From Candidatus Woesebacteria bacterium RBG_16_42_24 (GTDB taxonomy: Bacteria; Patescibacteriota; Microgenomatia; UBA8517): a stretch of 64,000 nucleotides of DNA. Each line of letters begins with the position of its first letter. Position 1 is the stretch's first letter. The translations under genes were made by a program, and so were the position numbers. Under the pieces are notes generated by a model. That model did no database searches, was not told the origin of the DNA, and saw nothing but the letters and a program-made list of their open reading frames with translations. Of the stretch, positions 34,553-44,533 are shown one piece after another. The stretch lies in contig MGFX01000001.1 in NCBI GenBank assembly GCA_001792115.1, forward strand, positions 5,847 to 69,846, given 5' to 3'.

Positions 34553-37135
34553 CTATTTAAGAAGCTTCTTTATTGCCTCGTTGACATATTTTATTTCTCT
34601 TTGAGTAATCGGTCTTATCAGCCCCAACCTTCTTGCCTCTTTCACCCTTTTATCTTGTGCAACAACCTCCCTAATCTCGCCTAATAATCCGACCTCCCCC
34701 AGTGCCAGGCTGCCTTTGGGTAAGGGTTTATCAAAAAACGATGAGGCAATAGCAAGACAAATGGCCAAATCACTTGCAGGCTCCACTACTTTGATACCTC
34801 CGGCAACGTTTACGAAAACGTCGTATTCGTATAAAGGTAACCCGCACCTTCTGATAAGAACGGCCAACAGAAGCTCAAGCCTCCTTGAATCAACGCCCTG
34901 GGCTACCCTTTTAGGAAAAGGCATTTTGGAAGAAACAACCAGAGCCTGAATCTCTACCAAAAGCGGCCTTGTGCCTTGAAGAGTGGAGGTAACCACGCTT
35001 CCAGCTACATCCATATGCTCCCTGGAAATAAAAATCTTTTCTACGTTTGTTTCCGGAATTAATCCTTTATCCTCCATCTCGAAAATTCCCACCTCATCGG
35101 TTGGACCAAAGCGATTCTTGACTGCACGAAGCAGCCTCAAGGTCAGAGACTTGTCTCCCTCAAACCACAAGAGAGTATCGACTATGTGGGCAAGAACCGC
35201 TGGACCGGCGACTGTGCCTTCCTTGGTAACGTGTCCCACCAAAAATAATGGAATATTTTTTTCTTTTGCGATCCTTAAAAGCCTAAAGGCGCACTCGCGA
35301 ACCTGCCCAACGCTCCCCGCCAACCCGTTTAAATCCTCTGTAGTCATTGTTTGAATCGAATCCACTACCACACCTTTAAGGGTTGTTCCTTTAAAGGTAG
35401 ATGTTGTTTCGACCACGGAATCTACATCTGTCTCCTCCAAAAGACTTATCGAATTTTTCTTTATTCCGAGCCTTTCGGCTCTTACTTTTATCTGACTCCC
35501 CGATTCCTCTCCGCACACATATAAAACGTCGCCGAGTTTATCTGCGAGCTGAAGAAGGAGGGTAGAGTTGTGACTAACGATTCCGTTGGTAACCAGTGAA
35601 TGTGTTTTCGGTATACACAGATCAAAACAGACTGAATTACCCATATCTGCTACACTCTCCACTTTATCCCAATAAAATTGGGGCTCGAGTAATACTCTAA
35701 GCTCGGGAACATATCTTGCTATTTCTTTCAATTTTTTATAACTCGCAGACCGCATTCCCCTTAAATAGCGTCTATCCCAACGATGATCACTAGGAATTCT
35801 TGACAGATCTATAAAAGGCAAATGCGGAATTACATCTAAATTGCTGTTAGATAATTTAGAAAGTAATCTCATACTATTCTGTTTTCGGCTTAATCTAAAA
35901 CCAATCTCAGAGTAGAATAGCCTCGCACTGTCGCCGAGAAGTTGAAGAATCCATGCTCCTTGCTTTTTGTTTTTGCGAAAACGCAATTTCCCCACAATAC
36001 CAAATTGAAGCAAAACAAGATGGACCTGCTTTGCTAGTTGTTTTGAGGTGGTGCAATACTCAATTACACCTGGCATACTGCCACCACTTTTAGAATTAGA
36101 AGATCCGTCTGTATCAAATAAACCTTGTAAAAAGGCTCTCACAATCTGTTTTGGAGCAGAAAGAATTAATTCTGGAATACTCTTCAATTGCGCACGAACG
36201 GAAATAAAACCGATATGCCTAAGCCAAAGGTGGAAAAGACGATTATTAACTGACAACCTATATCTAAGAATGCCAGTCTTTAAACCTAAACTAGATATCC
36301 AATTTTCAAAATTTTCCTTAATTTCCGAATCTGCAGTAGTAAGGTTTACGTGTCCAAAATCAGTCAAACCTCCATCTCCAACCAACAAACCTAGACAGTA
36401 AGCCATATTCTTATCTATCTTTTTAGGAAAAATTGGCACGACTGCGTTGGTATTGATCCTAAATTTGAATGGGGGCAAGGAAGTGTTGTTGCCCCAAATA
36501 GCATCATGCCTTTGGATAGCAACATAGTCACCAACTCTTATTTGTTCCATGTTCTTCCAACTCTTTTTACCTTCCTGCGAAAGTGTCAGAATGGGATGTG
36601 TATATGTCGCCTGGAGTTCATACCCCATCCGAGTAGTAATTCGTTTCGTAATTTGTTCGTCGCTGGTATAAAAATGGCTCGTTTCTTGCAATCCATTAAG
36701 GGATTGAACGGCTATTCGTAATTCAACAAATCCTTTATTAGCATTTTTAGGTTTTAATTTCTCAATCGAAACGAGACCTCGCTCAGTTGGAATTAACGTA
36801 TCGGCAGCTACACATTTGCCAATACCTGGCTCTCCTGCAATAAGAACAACCTGACCAGGCACAAGCCCGCCACCCAAAACCCTATCCAGTTCTGAAATTT
36901 TAGTAGAGATCCTCGCAGTTGATTTTGAAGGGATGGAAGAAAGTGAAACAGGGTTTTTCTTTATACCTGTGCTACTTTTACTACCTTTTCTACCTCTACT
37001 ACTCTCTGTCGAGACTATTGTTTCAACTAAACTCCCCCAGCTTCCACAATTGGGGCATTTCCCAGCCCAGCCGACTTGAGAATAGCCGCACTGTTGGCAG
37101 ATGTACTTAGAATGAGGCTTGGCCATTTCGGCCAA
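34553..37135 (-). CDS. radA: DNA repair protein RadA/Sms, interrupted in the P-loop by a 416-aa intein
   Basis: Zn-finger CQQCGYSQVGWAGKCPNCGSWGS. Walker A split GEPGIGK|C...HN|STLLLQ. The C-terminal Lon-like domain is intact. Confidence 0.85.
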   Translation of the reverse strand: MAEMAKPHSKYICQQCGYSQVGWAGKCPNCGSWGSLVETIVSTESSRGRKGSKSSTGIKKNPVSLSSIPSKSTARISTKISELDRVLGGGLVPGQVVLIAGEPGIGKCVAADTLIPTERGLVSIEKLKPKNANKGFVELRIAVQSLNGLQETSHFYTSDEQITKRITTRMGYELQATYTHPILTLSQEGKKSWKNMEQIRVGDYVAIQRHDAIWGNNTSLPPFKFRINTNAVVPIFPKKIDKNMAYCLGLLVGDGGLTDFGHVNLTTADSEIKENFENWISSLGLKTGILRYRLSVNNRLFHLWLRHIGFISVRAQLKSIPELILSAPKQIVRAFLQGLFDTDGSSNSKSGGSMPGVIEYCTTSKQLAKQVHLVLLQFGIVGKLRFRKNKKQGAWILQLLGDSARLFYSEIGFRLSRKQNSMRLLSKLSNSNLDVIPHLPFIDLSRIPSDHRWDRRYLRGMRSASYKKLKEIARYVPELRVLLEPQFYWDKVESVADMGNSVCFDLCIPKTHSLVTNGIVSHNSTLLLQLADKLGDVLYVCGEESGSQIKVRAERLGIKKNSISLLEETDVDSVVETTSTFKGTTLKGVVVDSIQTMTTEDLNGLAGSVGQVRECAFRLLRIAKEKNIPLFLVGHVTKEGTVAGPAVLAHIVDTLLWFEGDKSLTLRLLRAVKNRFGPTDEVGIFEMEDKGLIPETNVEKIFISREHMDVAGSVVTSTLQGTRPLLVEIQALVVSSKMPFPKRVAQGVDSRRLELLLAVLIRRCGLPLYEYDVFVNVAGGIKVVEPASDLAICLAIASSFFDKPLPKGSLALGEVGLLGEIREVVAQDKRVKEARRLGLIRPITQREIKYVNEAIKKLLK
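35567..36814 (-). mobile_element. Intein (416 aa) in radA with a LAGLIDADG homing-endonuclease domain
   Basis: Intein N-terminus Cys (CVAADTLI) directly after GIGK. C-terminal ...VSHN followed by the +1 Ser of the extein. LAGLIDADG motifs AYCLGLLVGDGGL and FLQGLFDTDGS. Boundaries computed from codon counts and checked against the DNA (tgt at 36812-36814; aac at 35567-35569). Confidence 0.8.
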
Positions 37136-37155
37136 TTATAACACTGAAGAAAAAT

Positions 37156-37797
37156 CTATCTGCTACCCAGACCCATTACATGCCCTGAACGTGGCGCGTC
37201 TTCCCGCAGTCCACCCAATTCGTATCTATTGCTTTTGGCAGCTTCAAAAAGCCACCTTGCCGTGTTGAATTCTGCCATAGTATCGATACTAAAATTTAGG
37301 GGTCTGAAATACAACAAAAGCATTTCTTTTACCTCACGGGATCTTTTGTTCATAACCTCTCCAAACCTCAAAGCCAACAAAGGTTCTGTATTTTCTAACC
37401 GAAATTTCCTCACCCGGAGACTCTGTGAGGGTAGGTATAACTGATCATACTCACTCCAAGCCGCATCTTTGAGATAATAATCCTCGGACCCCTTACCCAT
37501 CAAAGAAAGGCCCAACTTCCATTTTTCCCCATCCAACTTATTACTAGTAAAGCCAGCAAAGATAATCATTGCCGGTTCCGAGGGCTCTCCTATAGCTACC
37601 AATGCGTGTTGCATGGTTCGGCTCGCTTCCTGTCTCAGAACCATTGGATAACAAACCATAGCTCTGTCACCTCGTCTATAGAATAATAAAACCGCAGGAG
37701 CAAGCTCATCTACTGAAGAAAGTCCCCATTTTTCCTTTAAGAAAACATTAAATTCTTCTGTAGTTTTTTGTACTCCCTCACTAAATTCTGCGAACAT
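37156..37797 (-). CDS. Hypothetical protein (213 aa)
   Basis: Intact ORF co-oriented with neighbours. No recognisable motif. Confidence 0.55.
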   Translation of the reverse strand: MFAEFSEGVQKTTEEFNVFLKEKWGLSSVDELAPAVLLFYRRGDRAMVCYPMVLRQEASRTMQHALVAIGEPSEPAMIIFAGFTSNKLDGEKWKLGLSLMGKGSEDYYLKDAAWSEYDQLYLPSQSLRVRKFRLENTEPLLALRFGEVMNKRSREVKEMLLLYFRPLNFSIDTMAEFNTARWLFEAAKSNRYELGGLREDAPRSGHVMGLGSR

Positions 37798-37887
37798 TGG
37801 CCAGGAGTATAGAATCTTTTATCTTTGATGTCAATCTAAACTTGGGAACAATATATTCGAGCAAGGCTTAGTGTAATAATCGCTTGT

Positions 37888-38985
37888 TTATTTATACCCT
37901 ACAGGTTTTTCTGTCAATACCAAACCCAAAGATAACTTTTTAGCTTTTGGGTCAATTTCCTGGACATAACAATTTACTTCCTCACCGTATGAAAGTTTCT
38001 TTCCAGGAGGAATATTGGTTATATGGATTAGCCCCTCGATTCCGGGTTCAAGTTGCACAAAAACCCCGAAATCGGTAACTTTAGTTACTTTACCCGAAAC
38101 CCTGGCTTCGGAAGCATATTTTTTACCAGCTTCTTCCCAAGGATCTTTTTGGGCGGCTTTAAACGAAAATGATAATTTGCCGTCTCTAACCCCAATGACT
38201 TTGACCTTAACCTTGTCTCCTTCGGAAACTACATCTCCCACATTTTCGACCTTGCTCCATGATAGTTCTGAAATGTGTACCAGGCCCTCGACGGGAATTG
38301 TTCCCTTTCCTTCTTTTATATCGATCCTCACGAAGCAGCCGAAATTGGCAACCGTTGTGACAATTCCGTCGTATATCTCTCCCTCCTTAACCTTAGAGAG
38401 GGCCTCCTTGGCAAGCTTCATTTCCCCTGCTTCGGAGACCGCTTTTTCGGACAAAACAACTTTATTTGAACTCTTTTCCAACTCAATAACTTTGGCCCTA
38501 AAACTCTTGCCTATTAAAAATTGTGGATTATCCATCGCTTCTTTCCCCAACTGCGAAAAAGGGATAAAGCCTATGAGTCCTTCTACTTCTACGGTTACCC
38601 CTGAAGGCCCTGAACCGCGGCCGACAACACTAAGGGGGGTCTCTTTCTCTTTGGCGTTTCTTAATCTATCCCAAGTTGCACCTTGGGTAGCTTCTCGTAA
38701 AGATAATATTACGTAGCCTTCGGAGTTTTCTGGAATCAGAACCGCACAATTTACTTTATCCCCTATCTTAAGAATCTTAATATAATCCCTGGCCTCGACA
38801 AATGCTTTCTCGGTTACTATCCCTTCCGACTTGCCTCCTATATCAAGAACCAAAGCTTTAGGTGTTTTTGCAATTACTGTAGCCGTTAGCCTTTGGCCTT
38901 TTGAAAATCCATGAATTTTGCCTTCGTAGGAGGCCAAAAGCGCCTCCATAGTTGTAGGTTCTTTAGATGAGCCTTTTGAAGTCAC
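37888..38985 (-). CDS. S1 RNA-binding-domain protein (four S1 repeats; ribosomal protein S1-like)
   Basis: Repeated S1 motifs (G..V.G.V....FG.FV.L..GIEGL.H.S). Confidence 0.75.
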   Translation of the reverse strand: MTSKGSSKEPTTMEALLASYEGKIHGFSKGQRLTATVIAKTPKALVLDIGGKSEGIVTEKAFVEARDYIKILKIGDKVNCAVLIPENSEGYVILSLREATQGATWDRLRNAKEKETPLSVVGRGSGPSGVTVEVEGLIGFIPFSQLGKEAMDNPQFLIGKSFRAKVIELEKSSNKVVLSEKAVSEAGEMKLAKEALSKVKEGEIYDGIVTTVANFGCFVRIDIKEGKGTIPVEGLVHISELSWSKVENVGDVVSEGDKVKVKVIGVRDGKLSFSFKAAQKDPWEEAGKKYASEARVSGKVTKVTDFGVFVQLEPGIEGLIHITNIPPGKKLSYGEEVNCYVQEIDPKAKKLSLGLVLTEKPVGYK

Positions 38986-39140
38986 TTATCATACCTTCTT
39001 TCTTTTAGTGGGGACATTATACCCCTTTACGAAGCCTTCCTCAATGCCCCAATCGCCTTCAATGCCCCATTGAACGAGCTACCCCAGGTCTTTTTCTTAA
39101 CGACGCCTTTAAAATTTCACTAGAATGTAAACTTGTGAAT

Positions 39141-39375
39141 TCTTCTCAAAGGTACGAATTGTTCGACGAGGACTATAAGTCCGAAGAAGTTAAAGATACA
39201 TCGTATGAACAAGTTTATGTTCAGTAGAAATTTTTATTGGCGGGCCCTTTCTTGGTTCATTCTTTGGGCAAACAAAGAATGAACAGATAGGTTCTTGAGT
39301 GAGCAGAGAAGTACAAAATGGATTCTGGCACGACAAGAAATCGACAAGACTCATTAAGAATTATAAATTTTTTTC
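39141..39375. repeat. About 230-nt noncoding element immediately downstream of 5S. Related in direct orientation to 45861-46060 in the rRNA spacer.
   Basis: Shared ends TACGAATTGTTCGACGAGGAC / TCCGAATTGTTCGACAAGGAC and ACAAGAAATCGACAAGACTC / CAAGAAATTGACAAGAATC. The interior is ~70% similar. The shared DNA is read in different frames by local ORFs, so it is not a conserved protein. Confidence 0.4.
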
Positions 39376-39389
39376 CAAAAATTAAGGGC

Positions 39390-39518
39390 ACTGTTCTGGC
39401 GATGACCTATTTTCGCGATCCGTTGCCGGATAACTATCGTTGGCGCTGAGGCGTTTTACGTCCCTGTTCGGAATGGGAAAGGGTAGTTCCACCTCGCTAA
39501 AATCACCAGAACGGTGCC
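39390..39518 (-). rRNA. rrf: 5S ribosomal RNA
   Basis: The minus strand reads ..GCACCGTTCTGGTGATTTTAGCGAGGTGGAACTACCCTTTCCCATTCCGAACAGGGACGTAAAACGCCTCAGCGCCAACGATAGT...CATCGCCAGAACAGTGC. Helix I pairs the termini, and the CCGAAC loop-B motif is present. The ends are approximate. Confidence 0.7.
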
Positions 39519-39584
39519 CTCAAATATAATTTGTACTCTCAAAACTGAAGAGAAAAGCCATCTCTCACGCTCCGCGTGAGAATT

Positions 39585-39680
39585 TCCAATTTCCAAATAC
39601 CAAATTCCAAATAAATTCTAAATTTCTAATTTCGAAATTCGAAAATTAAATGGAAACTGGAGACTGGAATCTGGAAACTC
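39585..39680. repeat. AT-rich repeat element in the 23S-5S spacer (AATTTCCAATTTCCAAATACC...AATTCGAA...TGGAGACTGGAA), followed by the hairpin CTCGTGCGAGGCACGAGAG
   Basis: Direct comparison with 23596-23700. Confidence 0.4.
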
Positions 39681-39815
39681 TCGTGCGAGGCACGAGAGAA
39701 TAGTTTTCTTCGACCGATTCGCACAGGTAAGCTTAAACCCTTACGGGTCTTCCACATCCTGCCGATTAACCCCGTCTTCTTCGGGGGGTCTATAACGAGT
39801 CCTAATCTTAGGGGG

Positions 39816-39848
<33 letters not shown>

Positions 39849-39979
39849 CTTAGGAACATAGCTACCCGGCGATGCTACTGACGTAACAACCGGCACACCA
39901 GAGGTTCCTCCAGCCTGGTCCTCTCGTACTGAGGCCAGCTCCCTTCAAGACTCGAACGATTCCACCGGATAGAGTCCGA

Positions 39980-40830
39980 CATAATTGTTACTAATGGCTA
40001 GCCAATTTACATTCTTGCTAGCTCCCACGATCACCCGTGGGGTCCGACCATATCTTTCCGCCCGCAACTGCGTAGCTGTTGGCGGATCTGGCGTATGGCC
40101 TGTGAGGATTCTAGTTTTGATAGTCTTGGAGTATTTTTTCTTTTAATACCCTTCTTTTTTGAGTATTCATAGAATAAGCAATCTCCAAAACCTCCGTTAT
40201 ACCTTCTTTGGTTAAATGCGCTTTATCAGCAACTAACTCAATTACTCTTTTGAATTTTTCAAAAGTTTGTTGCTTAATATGCAATTTACCCTCAAAGAAA
40301 GGAATAATTTTATCTCTTAAACTAGGCAAATCTCGAACAACATATGCCAAAGATTTGTCAGTTCTATCTATCCGACTATTTTGTTTTACATAACCACAAG
40401 AAAATCTTTTTTGAAAGTACTCCAAAACCCCTCTTCCCGAAGGATTTTGAGAGACCTTAAAAAAATAGATTACTTGCCAACCGGTCTTAGTTTCAGGTGA
40501 ACGAACAATACCTATATAAAACATACCTTCACCTTCCACAAAACCGACCAAATAGTCATCTGATATATGAGATTGAAAACTAGCCTTTCCTGCTGATGAT
40601 CTCAGGTTTGACATTTTTACTAGTATATTACATATGTACTAGTAGTCAAACATTAACGAGACTTTCCAGCATATAGCCAGATTTATATCCCTTCATTTTA
40701 CTCCCCACGCTTCGCGCGGGGACCCCGGGCTATCACTCCGAGGTGTTTATGGACAAAAAGTTTTAATTCCACACTCAATGTATATTCAATACGTCTAAAG
40801 GGCGAGACCGCTTGGACTTGTCACTTTGAT
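39980..40830 (-). mobile_element. Group I intron in 23S rRNA, inserted after GAGACAGTT (near E. coli position 2593, the I-CreI-type site), encoding a LAGLIDADG endonuclease
   Basis: Exon sequence stops at ...gtctcacgacg/cagttgac (40858) and resumes at ccaccggatagagtccga (39962-39981; RC TCGGACTCTATCCGGTGG = E. coli CGGTCCCTATCTGCCGTGG). About 850 nt of non-rRNA sequence lies between. The boundaries are approximate to within 20 nt. Confidence 0.65.
40111..40614 (-). CDS. LAGLIDADG homing endonuclease (single-motif, I-CreI-like size) encoded within the 23S group I intron
   Basis: 167 aa with motif DDYLVGFVEGEGMFYIGIV (the LAGLIDADG equivalent). Confidence 0.75.
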   Translation of the reverse strand: MSNLRSSAGKASFQSHISDDYLVGFVEGEGMFYIGIVRSPETKTGWQVIYFFKVSQNPSGRGVLEYFQKRFSCGYVKQNSRIDRTDKSLAYVVRDLPSLRDKIIPFFEGKLHIKQQTFEKFKRVIELVADKAHLTKEGITEVLEIAYSMNTQKRRVLKEKILQDYQN

Positions 40831-41348
40831 ATGTCACCAAAGTCAACTGTCTCACGACGTTCTGAACCCAGCTCACGTACCACTTTAATGGGCGAACAGA
40901 CCAACCCTTGGCACCTTCTCCAGCGCCAGGATGTGATGAGCCGACATCGAGGTAGCGAACCGCGCCGTCGATATGGACTCTCGGGCGCGACTACTCTGTT
41001 ATCCCCGGGGTAGCTTTTATCAATTAAGCTCCGTGCACACCCAAAGTGCATCGGAGGATCACTAAGACCTACTTTCGTACCTGCTCCATCCTTCGATGTC
41101 GCAGTCAAGCTGGCTTAAACCTTTACGCTTTCCCCACGATTTCCATCCGTGGTAAGCCAACCTTTGTGTCCCTGCGTTACTTTTTAGCAGGGTACCGCCC
41201 CAGTAAAACTGCCCGTCTAGCACTCTCCCTGTCGCCGTCTTCAGGCGACCTAGGTTAGCCTCACATTTTTTAACGAGAGGTATCACACGGTTGACGAATC
41301 TCCCTCCTATTCTTGGCAATCAAAAAATATGAAAGCAATACCAAACTG

Positions 41349-41379
<31 letters not shown>

Positions 41380-41458
41380 GTGGAATTAGGCCGCGTCTTC
41401 ACAGCCAACGCAATTTCGCCGAGTGAATGTTCAAGACAGTTACTAGCTCGTGACGCCA

Positions 41459-41490
<32 letters not shown>

Positions 41491-42914
41491 CTTCGCTACC
41501 GTAGAACAGTTATAGTTACTGCTGCCGTTTACTGGAGCTTAAGTTCAGAGCCTAAAAGCCTTGCGGCCTAAAGACCCCTCCCCTTAACTTACCAGCACTG
41601 GGCAGGCGTCAGCCCCTATACCGTGCCTTTCGGCTTCGCAGGGACCTGTGTTTTTGATAAACAGCCGACTAGTAAACTTTTGTTGCAACCCCGATATAAT
41701 CGGGGCAACCCATCTTCCAAAGTTACGGGTAACTTTTTTGCCGAATTCCTGGAACATCCTTCTCTCGCTCACCTTAGTCTTCTCGACCAACCCACCTGTG
41801 TCGGTTTGCGGTACGGCTTAATCTAAATCTCACTGCGAGCCTTTTATCTGAAATTGAATAAAGTAAAATTGCCCCACTTTCATAGGACTCTGCATCACTG
41901 CTCAATTAATCAGGAAAGCGGATTTCCCAGCTAACCCTATTTAACAGCTTACACCAGGCTTCACCTCCTGGCCTTACTCATCCATTTTCGTCAGCCCCCA
42001 GCTATCATGCTTGCGCATGCACCTTGCGGTGTAACGATTTAAACTAAATAGCAGAATTTTGACTGCTCACCCATCGACTACGCCAATTGGCCTCGCCTTA
42101 GGTGCCGACTAACCCGTCGTGGACGAACCTTGCGACGGAAACCTCGGGTATTCGGTGTCCCAGATTCTCACTGGGATTGTGCGCTACTCATACCGGCATT
42201 CTCACTCCCATGCGCTCCACCAACCCTTACGGGTCAACTTCACTGCACATAGGACGCTCCCCTACCACTATCGCCTTGCGGCGTAATCTTTGTCTTCGGC
42301 ACTACCTTTATCCTCGATACATCTTGGGCGCTAACCTTCATCGACCAGTGAGCTGTTACGCTTTCTTTAAAGGGTGGCTGCTTCTGAGCCAACCTCCTGG
42401 CTGTTTCTGAAAGTTAACTTCCTTTTAAACTTAAGGTAGATTTAGAGGCCTTAGACGAAAGTCTGGGATGTTTCCCTCTCGCCATATCAGCTTAGCCCGA
42501 TATGACTGTCTCCCGCCCTAATTAGACTTATGTCTTCGGAGTTTGGTTAGACTGCCTCCCTTGCGGTTGGTAATCCATCCAGTGCTCTACAACATAAGCC
42601 GAAAAGGCGAGACGGTCCCTATAGACCTTTCGGGGAGAACCAGCTATCTCCGAGTTCGATTAGTATTTTGCCACTATCCACAGCTCATCCCAAGTCATTG
42701 CAACGACTACGGGTTCGGGCCTCCCTCAATCTTTCGATTAAGTTCACCCTGGCCATGGTTAGATCACTCGGTTTCGGGTCTGTCATATCACACTTATTTC
42801 GCCTTTTAAGACTCGCTTTCGCTGCGCCTCCCCCCGGTTTACGGGGTTAGACTTGTGTAATAAGACAACTCGCCGGTTCATTCTTCAATAGGCACGAGAT
42901 CACTCGCGCGCAGC

Positions 42915-43025
42915 GCGAGAAATTCCTAAATTTTTAATTTCTAATTTCTAAATAATTCTTAAATTCTCAAATTAATAAATTGGGATTTAATTAGAAATTA
43001 GGTCAATTAGTAGTTAGAAATTCCT
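42915..43025 (-). other. AT-rich intervening sequence / expansion segment within 23S rRNA (about 600-700 nt from the 5' end, helix-25 region), flanked by GC stems
   Basis: cgcgcgcagcgcgag-[aaattcctaaatttttaatttctaatttctaaataattcttaaattctcaaattaataaattgggatttaattagaaattaggtcaattagtagttagaaattcc]-ttgtgctacgcacaag. The composition and AATTTCTAA units match the dispersed intergenic repeats elsewhere in the window. Confidence 0.55.
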
Positions 43026-43104
43026 TGTGCTACGCACAAGCTCTCTCGGCTTGTTAGCAAACAGTTTCAGTTTCTATTTCACTGGGTGTCTCACCCTTCT
43101 TTTA

Positions 43105-43140
<36 letters not shown>

Positions 43141-43854
43141 AACCTATATTTAGCCTTAGAGGATGGTTCCCCTAGATTCCCACAGAGTATGTGCTCCGTG
43201 GTACTTGGGAATTCCCTAGAGGTCATCTTGGTTTTGCATACGAGACTTTCACTCTTTCTAGTCGGCAATTCCATGCCGTTCTGCTACCGCGACAACTCCC
43301 ATATTGGGCTCCCGCAACCCTCCACGAAGCCTCTTGCGAGGCAAAGTGGAGTTTAGGCTGATGCGCTTTCGCTCGCCGCTACTGACGCAATCACGATTGT
43401 TTTCTCTTCCTCGCCCTACTTAGATGTTTCAGTTCGGGCGGTTCCCTCCTAAACTTTAGTAGCCCCGACAAGTCGGGACATTTCAAATTTAGGTACTCAA
43501 AATGAGTAGGTTTCCCTATTCGGACACCAACGGATCAAAGCTTCGTGGCAGCTCCCCGCTGAGTTTCGTCACCATGTACGTCCTTCTTAGGTAGGTTGTA
43601 CCAAGGCATCCACTGTCTGCATTAGTGAAAACTTATTGTCCTGAACCAGGACGGTTCAGGACGGCCTTTCTCTTCAGATGTCAAAGAACAAATGAATTTA
43701 AGGTAAAAAGGTAAAAAGGTAAAAGAGTAAAATTTGAAAAAACTTTTACTCTCTTGCCCTCTCGCCTTTTCACCTTAAAGCTGTGGACCCGGGGAGAGTC
43801 GACAATCCCGATTCAATCGGAATTGGTTATTCACTCCCTGATCCGCCATATTTG

Positions 43855-43929
43855 TGGACCGTGCCGGGATTGAACCGGCGACCTCTACATTGCAAATGTA
43901 GCGCTCTAATCCAGCTGAGCTAACGGCCC
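43855..43929 (-). tRNA. tRNA-Ala (anticodon TGC) in the 16S-23S spacer
   Basis: GGGCCGTTAGCTCAGCTGGATTAGAGCGCTACATTTGCAATGTAGAGGTCGCCGGTTCAATCCCGGCACGGTCCA. G3:U70, anticodon loop TTTGCAA, 7-bp acceptor. Confidence 0.85.
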
Positions 43930-44008
43930 ATTTAGGCCAGCAAATTATGGCGGACAAACCGGCCTGGCTGTCGCCAGCGACCAGAGTCTAAAACTTCGGG
44001 CCCCTAAA

Positions 44009-44218
44009 TTACTTCTTGGCTTTCCTTAAGGCTTCGATCTCAGCCTTAATGGTCTCGACGTGATCCTCCCGAACTTTAAGATCCGAATACGATAGTTCAC
44101 CTTGAGCAGATTCGTGGGCAACTCCTCGAAATTTTGAAAGGCGTTCCCGATATTTTTCTTCGGCGCGAGCCAGCTTCTGTTCAAGTTCTTTAAGCTTTAA
44201 AGTAGTTTTGGCATCCAT
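44009..44218 (-). CDS. Small coiled-coil protein (69 aa), hypothetical, located between tRNA-Ile and tRNA-Ala
   Basis: MDAKTTLKLKELEQKLARAEEKYRERLSKFRGVAHE...EIEALRKAKK, a heptad-like charged helix. Co-oriented with the rRNA genes. Confidence 0.4.
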   Translation of the reverse strand: MDAKTTLKLKELEQKLARAEEKYRERLSKFRGVAHESAQGELSYSDLKVREDHVETIKAEIEALRKAKK

Positions 44219-44344
44219 TTTTATGTGCTAATTTTACCCTCCTTATCTTCGCACTCGGCTTCTGGGAACTATTCGTTCACGCCTCATGCCAAGATTGGTC
44301 GGAGGGTTGTTGACTATTTGTATTTAAAAAGGTCAACAAAAAAC

Positions 44345-44375
44345 CGGCTTTGAAGCCGGCTTAATACCTGAAAGC
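44345..44375 (-). terminator. Rho-independent terminator-like hairpin downstream of tRNA-Ile (minus strand: AAGCCGGCTTCAAAGCCGG + TTTTTT)
   Basis: Plus strand aaaaaaccggctttgaagccggctt. On the minus strand the GC stem is followed by a T6 run. Confidence 0.5.
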
Positions 44376-44533
44376 TAATTTACCTTTTTATCCCGTCGAT
44401 AGACCACTAAATTCCCCGCCTGTTGGTTTTAAGTTTAGGTAATAGCTTCTCATTAAGGCTTCAAAAGTATGCAAAGTATATAGAAGGTAGTTTATATAGT
44501 CAAGGGGTCGAATTGTTTTGAGAGCAAATTTGT

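Noticed and set aside
43775-43957. 60-aa ORF on the minus strand
   Set aside because: It overlaps tRNA-Ala(TGC) 43855-43929 almost completely.
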